Assembly: GCA_945900455.1 (NCBI GenBank)
Contig: CAMDJH010000004.1
Location: 1-60,231 of the forward strand
DNA length: 60,231 nucleotides
Direction: 5' to 3'
From: Akkermansia muciniphila
GTDB lineage: Bacteria > Verrucomicrobiota > Verrucomicrobiia > Limisphaerales > UBA9464
Position 1 is the first letter of the stretch. Each line of letters opens with the position of its first letter. The position numbers and the translations under genes were made by a program. Shown piece after piece: positions 54,897 to 60,231 of the stretch. The notes beneath the pieces are model-generated. The model saw only the letters and a program-made list of their open reading frames with translations, searched no databases and was not told the origin of the DNA.

Positions 54897-54972
54897 TGGA
54901 TGATTGAGCAGTTCAATTCGAAGTTGTTACCAAGCGAAGAGTCGATGTGGTCGAGATCGTGAAACGCTGGGT

Positions 54973-56781
54973 TCATGGCTTCGCAGTTACGTCACGTCGG
55001 TAAACCAGCTTGCCTCCCACATAGGTTCGCAACACCTGCGTCGTAACGAGTTTATCTTCGGAACAAGTCAACAAGTCGGTGTCGAGCACGACGAGGTCAG
55101 CGAGTTTGCCAGGTTCGAGCGAACCCAGTTTTTCGTCGCAACCGAGGATTCGTGCGTTGTTGATCGTGTAGAAACGGATGGCTTGTTCCCGAGTCAGCGC
55201 TTCCTCTGGATGCAACGGTTTTTCCATAAGCTTCGCGCGCCGCGTAATGGCCGTCGCGATGCCGAGAAATGGATTATACGGATTCACCGACCGCAAGGGG
55301 CCGATTTTCTGCATGTGGTCGGAACCGCCGCCCGCGATCGCCCCGGCATCGAAGAGACTCCTCAACGGTTGGAAGTAGCGCAGTCGCTCGTCGCCGAACT
55401 GTTTCACGAGCGTGTGGGCGTCGAGGTAAAGCCAGGCGGGCTGAATGTCCATCATCACACCGAGTCGGACCGCTTCCACAACGGCTTCGCGGCTCATGAA
55501 ATTCGAATGACTGATGCACGGACGTGTCTTCCGCACGGGCAATTCCCTGTCCACTGCGGCATACGCTTCCAGCAAGGCATGCACCGCGCCATCGCCAACC
55601 GAGTGCGCGGTGAATTGGAGACCGCACTCCACGGCGGTGCGCACCATCGACAGCAGCCGCTCCGGCGGGATGAATCGCACGCCGCGATAGTTTGGATCGC
55701 GAATGGAGTAAATCTCACTGATGCCCCACGGCTCGCGCATGAAAGCGCTGCCCGTAAGCATCCCTCCGTCGAGATACGTTTTGACCCCGATGATCCGCAG
55801 CCAATCGTCCCGATCCTTGAAAAGCCGGTCGCGGCCGACCTGGCGAATGCTCTCCAAAATGTTCGTCAGCGAGCCAATCGATTCAATGTGTTGCGAAATA
55901 TGAACTCGCGCCGTCAGTTCGTCGCGAGCGCGCAAGTCCCGATATAGGGCGATGTCGTCCAATCCTGCGTCGCGGTCGCACACGCTGGTAATGCCGACGG
56001 AATTGTAGTCCGCGAACAGTTTCCTCAGCCGGTGTATTTTGTCCGCCTGAGAGGGAACGTGGGGCGCGGACGTCACCTTCACGTAACGGGTGCAATTGCG
56101 GAGAATGCCCGTGGGTTCGCCCGTTTTCGGATCAGTCTCCACAAATCCGCTGCCTCCGTCGGTGACTTTGAAGTCGCGATCAATGCCGCTGAGTTGCAAC
56201 GCCAGACTGTTGAGCGACGCATCGGGGCCGGTCGCGAAAATGACCGGATGCCTGGGTGCGACGCGGTCCAACTCAGCGCGTGTGGGGTACCGCTGCTCCC
56301 TCAACCGTGTGATAAATACCTGCCGCACTTGAATCCATCCGCCGCTCTTCACCACCCGGGTGCGAGCCTGGATATAATTGAGTACGTCCTCAATCCGCTC
56401 GATCGGCGGAATCTCGTGATCGAACTCGGTCAGGCACGCGTCGGCGGGATGCGCATGCGAGTCCATCAAGCCCGGCAAGGCCAGTTTCCCCTCCAAATCC
56501 ACAACCTCCGTGCGCGGGCCGCGACGCTTCAACACGTCAACGTTGCTGCCCGACAGAAGAATTCGGCCATCCTGGATGGCAATAGACGGATGGATCGTGA
56601 AGTCGCCATCCACAATCGCCACCCGGCCATTATATAAAATAACGTCCGCATCGACAGCGTGGCAGGAAGGTCCAACGGTCGTGGTTAGAAAACAGATCGC
56701 AGTGGCCAAAAGCCTCCAGCGCTGTTGCGATGCGGGTTTTGGACCGGATGCATTCATCATGAAAACCGGAGTTGGAACCAC
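54973..56781 (-). CDS. Amidohydrolase family protein (Amidohydro_3 type), secreted
   Basis: Signal peptide. ...LPGLMDSHAHP..., then the later ...FTAHSVGDGAV... and ...GSDH... metal-ligand motifs. Confidence 0.85.
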   Translation of the reverse strand: MVPTPVFMMNASGPKPASQQRWRLLATAICFLTTTVGPSCHAVDADVILYNGRVAIVDGDFTIHPSIAIQDGRILLSGSNVDVLKRRGPRTEVVDLEGKLALPGLMDSHAHPADACLTEFDHEIPPIERIEDVLNYIQARTRVVKSGGWIQVRQVFITRLREQRYPTRAELDRVAPRHPVIFATGPDASLNSLALQLSGIDRDFKVTDGGSGFVETDPKTGEPTGILRNCTRYVKVTSAPHVPSQADKIHRLRKLFADYNSVGITSVCDRDAGLDDIALYRDLRARDELTARVHISQHIESIGSLTNILESIRQVGRDRLFKDRDDWLRIIGVKTYLDGGMLTGSAFMREPWGISEIYSIRDPNYRGVRFIPPERLLSMVRTAVECGLQFTAHSVGDGAVHALLEAYAAVDRELPVRKTRPCISHSNFMSREAVVEAVRLGVMMDIQPAWLYLDAHTLVKQFGDERLRYFQPLRSLFDAGAIAGGGSDHMQKIGPLRSVNPYNPFLGIATAITRRAKLMEKPLHPEEALTREQAIRFYTINNARILGCDEKLGSLEPGKLADLVVLDTDLLTCSEDKLVTTQVLRTYVGGKLVYRRDVTAKP

Positions 56782-56862
56782 AGATTAAAGCGGATTAGCG
56801 CCGATGCCTGGCGCATGAACAGCGTTCGGAAGCTCACTCCGAAGGCGAGAGGCAACGTGCTT

Positions 56863-58353
56863 TCAAGAGAGGATTTCCATGATGGGCGCGCCGTGGTCAA
56901 TCTCGAGGCGTTTGCGGCCCGGAATTTCGAGTCGACGCGGATCGAGACCGAGCAGGTGCAGCACGGTCGCATGGATGTCGGTCACGTAGTGGCCCTCACC
57001 CAACGCGTGATAGCCGAGTTCGTCTGTTTCACCATGAATAGTTCCGCCTTGGATGCCGGCGCCGGCGAACCAAATCGTGAACCCGTGCGGATGATGGTCG
57101 CGGCCGTCGGCGCCGCCCCCGCGTTGTTCGAGGCCAGGCGTGCGACCAAACTCGGTGCAAAAAACGACAACCACATCCTGCATCAATCCCCGTTGCTTTA
57201 GGTCGCGCAGTAGCCCGGCGACGGGAAGGTCCACGTTGGCGCAGAGCTTCTCGTGATTGCTCTTAAGTTTCTGATGCGAGTCCCACGCACTGAGTCCGCT
57301 GGGATAGGTGAGGACAAATCGCACGCCGCGTTCCACCAACCGCCGGGCGCACAGCAAACGTTCGCCCGCCACTTTGGTGTGGTCCTGGTCGAGACCGTAA
57401 AGGCGGCGGATATGTTCGGGCTCGGCCGGGAAATTCATCGCCTCGGGGACGGCGGACTGCATTTTGAACGCGAGTTCGTAAGCCCGGATTCGGGCGCGCA
57501 GGCGTTCGTCGTCCGGATACTCGACGGCGGCCAGTCGGTTGAGCTTGCCGATGAGTTCGTATTCGCTGGCCTGTTGCGAAGCACTGATTCCTTCGAGGCG
57601 TGTGCCGAACGGGAGGGGATTCTTGGGATCCACGGTCAACGGGACGGCGGCGTGCTGCGGGCCCAGATAGTAACCTTGGTCGATTTCACTGGTCGTGTGC
57701 GCCTTGGGCACGCCAACGGTGACGAAGCTAGGAAGATTGTCATTGAGACTTCCGAGGCCGTATTGCACCCAGGAACCCAGGCTGGGCTGGGTTTCGTCGA
57801 GTCGATGCCGGCCCGTGTGAATCTGGTTCTCCGCCCAGTGATCGTTGTCGGTCGTCCACATGTTACGCACCCAGGCGATATCATCGGCGCATTGCGCGAG
57901 ATGGGGCCACCAGTCCGTGATCCCGATCCCGCACTGGCCGTAGGGCTTCCAACCGACCTGCGATGGATAAATAATGGGATAAACGTCGCGGACATTGACT
58001 GAATCTGCCGGCACGGATCGGAACCGATTCTTGTGTTTCCGCGAAGCGATGGGGTTCTCGAACGGCGTCTTGTCGAACGATTTCCCCGCGTAATCATTGA
58101 GGGCCGGCTTGGGGTCAAACGTCTCGAGGTGGCTGTAACCGCCACTGAGAAAAACCCAGATGACTGATTTTGCTTTCGGCGTGACGAGTGGCTGCCCCGT
58201 CGGTGGAGTCCAGATCGACCCAGGCTGAGCAGCGCGCGCCACGCCGTCGCGCCATAACATCGAGCCGAGGGTCAATCCCGCAAAGCCCATCCCGACATCC
58301 GCCAGGAACGTTCGGCGAGGGACCCGCCCACACGAGGAGTAGTTTGTGTTCAT
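56863..58353 (-). CDS. DUF1501 domain protein (sulfatase-like fold) with a twin-arginine signal
   Basis: VPRRTFLADVGMGFAGLTLGSML is a Tat-type signal. ...FLSGGYSHLETFDPKP... and ...VVFCTEFGRTP......GRDHHP.GF..W.AG.G..GG...GETDE.G are DUF1501 hallmarks. The start overlaps the upstream stop (ATGA at 58350-58353). Confidence 0.9.
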   Translation of the reverse strand: MNTNYSSCGRVPRRTFLADVGMGFAGLTLGSMLWRDGVARAAQPGSIWTPPTGQPLVTPKAKSVIWVFLSGGYSHLETFDPKPALNDYAGKSFDKTPFENPIASRKHKNRFRSVPADSVNVRDVYPIIYPSQVGWKPYGQCGIGITDWWPHLAQCADDIAWVRNMWTTDNDHWAENQIHTGRHRLDETQPSLGSWVQYGLGSLNDNLPSFVTVGVPKAHTTSEIDQGYYLGPQHAAVPLTVDPKNPLPFGTRLEGISASQQASEYELIGKLNRLAAVEYPDDERLRARIRAYELAFKMQSAVPEAMNFPAEPEHIRRLYGLDQDHTKVAGERLLCARRLVERGVRFVLTYPSGLSAWDSHQKLKSNHEKLCANVDLPVAGLLRDLKQRGLMQDVVVVFCTEFGRTPGLEQRGGGADGRDHHPHGFTIWFAGAGIQGGTIHGETDELGYHALGEGHYVTDIHATVLHLLGLDPRRLEIPGRKRLEIDHGAPIMEILS

Positions 58354-60231
58354 CGGATCGTTACAAAACCGTTATGGTTAAACAGTGCCTGGACGAGACT
58401 GGTACGGGCATGGAGTCGAGCCAGCGCGATGTCGGCCTTTTTGGGTTCCCCGCCATCCACAACCGAGTTCAACACCGCCGAGTTCAACACCGCCGAGTTC
58501 AACACCGCCGAGTTCAACACCGGTTCCATCTCGTGTCTGAGAAAATCCTGGCACGCGGCGAGTTCTTCCCCGGACGGTCGTCGGGTGAGAATCTGTTCCC
58601 AAGCGGCTGCGAGAAAGTCTGAGTCGCTTTGGTTGGCGTCCGCTGGGAAAGCACTATTTAGCCGATGGGCAATCGCTCGACTCTGTTCCCTCGAAAATCG
58701 GCTGTTGGTCAGGGCCAACGCCTGCTGCGGCACAATCGTTTTGGATCGGCGGTAACACTCGATCGCTCCCGGCGGATCGAACAGGGTGGCAAACTCGCTC
58801 TGGCCGCCTGGCTCCGGAAAACATTCGAAATAAAGACTGCGCCGGTGGGACGTCTCAGCTTCCTTGTTTGGCAGAGGATAACCGCCCCGGGGCAAGTCGA
58901 GTGCATCGGCCAGATGAAGCAGACTGTCACGCACCACCTCCGCCTCCATCTGGCCGGGATTCATCCTCCAAAGGAATTTATTGGCCGGATCGCGGACTTT
59001 ATTCTGAGCCGTCGCCGTGCGGAGATCATTTTCGATTTTGGAATCATGGGAACCCAGCGTCCTTGCTTCGGCCGTTACTGAATTCTGGCGGTACACAGTG
59101 CTGGTGACAATCAGGCGATGCAAATGCTTCATGCTCCAGCCGTGTTCCATAAACTCCACCGCCAGCCAGTCCAGAAGTTCCGGGTGAGTCGGGGGAGACC
59201 CATTGCGACCAAAGTCGAACACCGAGGTTACGAGAGGCGCGTGAAAGTGGCGTGCCCAGATGTGATTCACCGCGACCCGGGCCGCGAGCGGATTGTCACG
59301 CCGGGTGAGCCAACCCGCCAGCGCGCTGCGGCGCCCGGTGCTCTGGGCGGGGTAAACCGGCGTCAGCGGAGTGTAGGCGGTCGTATTGGTCTGGAGTGCA
59401 GCGTGAGCGATTTCGGAATTTGTTTTCGCGCTGGAAACTTGTTCCTGCGCCTTCTTGAGCGCCGCTTCGGCTTTCTCCTTCTCTTCCTTTTTTTCCCCTG
59501 CTCCTTCGGCGATGCGTCGCGCCGCCGCCGCCGCTTGCTCCGCTTGCAGCAACGCCAGCACTCCGTCCGCGGTCGAAACTTTGGCTTCCGCTTTGCGCAG
59601 GTTCACCAACCGTTCCGCGCGGCCGGCCGCAACGGCCAACTCATCCGCAGCAGACCTAGCGGCGGGCGTCTCTTTAACTCCGGGTTTCGAGCCAGTTGCC
59701 TCCGCCTTTGCAGAATCAAGCCCTTCCTTTCGACTGCTAAGCGGGACGGTGTAGACCGCTTCGTCAGCCGCCAGGCGGGCACGCAGGGCGTCCAATTCGG
59801 TGCGCGCCACGGCAAGTTGATTCGACTGATTGCGCCAGCGGACCTCGGCACCGAGAACGTCGGAATACGCCATGGCTCGTATCGCCAGTGAGTTCGTCGC
59901 TTCCGCGGCGGCAAACTTGCCGCGGGCATCGGCGAGCTGCCGGGTAACGGAGGCCAACGAGTCCAGGGCTGCGGCCAGGCGATGCTCGTGCTTTTCCGTT
60001 TCGGCCTGCCGAACGAACGGTTTCACGCCGGGGTAACGAGCGGCCACCGGCAGGTCCAGCCGTTGTACCGCCAATGAATCACCACCCAGGAAAACAGGCA
60101 TGCCCGGAGGGACCGTCGGCTTGCCTTCCGGAAGACTCCGCTCATCCCCGCGAAGATACAGAAACGTCTTCGCGTCCAGGTTTTCGTCAAAAACACTGAC
60201 CATTCCATTCGTGTTCACTTTTCGCAGCGTC
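58350..60231 (-). CDS. DUF1553/PSD-type protein, C-terminal ~625 aa (5' end lies beyond the window)
   Basis: ...AGWLTRRDNPLAARVAVNHIWARHFHAPLVTSVFDFGRNGSPPTHPELLDWLA.EF...GWS.K.LHRLIVTS..Y... is the DUF1553 core. The frame stays open to the window end. It contains an (LNSAV)x4 repeat near the C-terminus and an Ala/Lys/Glu-rich coiled-coil-like segment. Confidence 0.88.
   Translation of the reverse strand, partial: TLRKVNTNGMVSVFDENLDAKTFLYLRGDERSLPEGKPTVPPGMPVFLGGDSLAVQRLDLPVAARYPGVKPFVRQAETEKHEHRLAAALDSLASVTRQLADARGKFAAAEATNSLAIRAMAYSDVLGAEVRWRNQSNQLAVARTELDALRARLAADEAVYTVPLSSRKEGLDSAKAEATGSKPGVKETPAARSAADELAVAAGRAERLVNLRKAEAKVSTADGVLALLQAEQAAAAARRIAEGAGEKKEEKEKAEAALKKAQEQVSSAKTNSEIAHAALQTNTTAYTPLTPVYPAQSTGRRSALAGWLTRRDNPLAARVAVNHIWARHFHAPLVTSVFDFGRNGSPPTHPELLDWLAVEFMEHGWSMKHLHRLIVTSTVYRQNSVTAEARTLGSHDSKIENDLRTATAQNKVRDPANKFLWRMNPGQMEAEVVRDSLLHLADALDLPRGGYPLPNKEAETSHRRSLYFECFPEPGGQSEFATLFDPPGAIECYRRSKTIVPQQALALTNSRFSREQSRAIAHRLNSAFPADANQSDSDFLAAAWEQILTRRPSGEELAACQDFLRHEMEPVLNSAVLNSAVLNSAVLNSVVDGGEPKKADIALARLHARTSLVQALFNHNGFVTIR
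58465..58524. repeat. 15-bp tandem repeat (GAGTTCAACACCGCC), 3 perfect and 1 diverged copy, in frame inside the DUF1553 gene
   Basis: Read directly: 58465-58479, 58480-58494 and 58495-58509 are identical, and 58510-58524 differs at the end. It encodes LNSAV-LNSAV-LNSAV-LNSVV on the minus strand. Confidence 0.9.

Noticed and set aside
54911-54935. ATTCGAAGTTGTT resembles the MITE-like terminal repeat (ATTCCGAAGTTGTT).
   Set aside because: The match covers only about 13 nt with an indel. None of the internal MITE sequence follows, so it is likely coincidence.

Overview
60.2 kb of GC-rich (about 60%) bacterial chromosome. Family content points to the Planctomycetota-Verrucomicrobiota (PVC) group: two 'giant PSD-type protein + Tat-exported DUF1552/DUF1501 partner' pairs, two DUF1559/prepilin-like genes, and a GreA homologue with a very long N-terminal extension. 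Most of the window is ordinary core or metabolic DNA: pgk, rplM-rpsI, argC, grpE-dnaJ, rsmE, rsmB, engB, metY-metX, a sigma-70 factor, yjcH/actP-like genes, and a sugar-acid catabolic cluster. I see no recognisable defence, CRISPR, secretion-toxin or prophage system. The accessory parts are as follows. (1) A complete 3.4-kb IS66-family element (3052-6484) carries a fourth, translationally coupled DUF4338 (DruA-like) ORF. It is flanked by two different truncated genes with no clean target duplication. (2) A roughly 105-146-bp MITE-like element with terminal inverted repeats occurs twice in opposite orientation (31397-31542, 52181-52285). (3) A repeat-laden, gene-poor islet (30339-31620) contains a 29-bp-arm palindrome built from CACGAATCA 9-mers. 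(4) Four secreted proteins or fragments share a C-terminal module ending in (F/Y)(Y/F)R. (5) There are several small gene remnants, in-frame tandem repeats and a perfect 13+2+13 palindrome in a divergent promoter. All family assignments come from reading motifs in the supplied translations. No searches were run, and start codons are best guesses.
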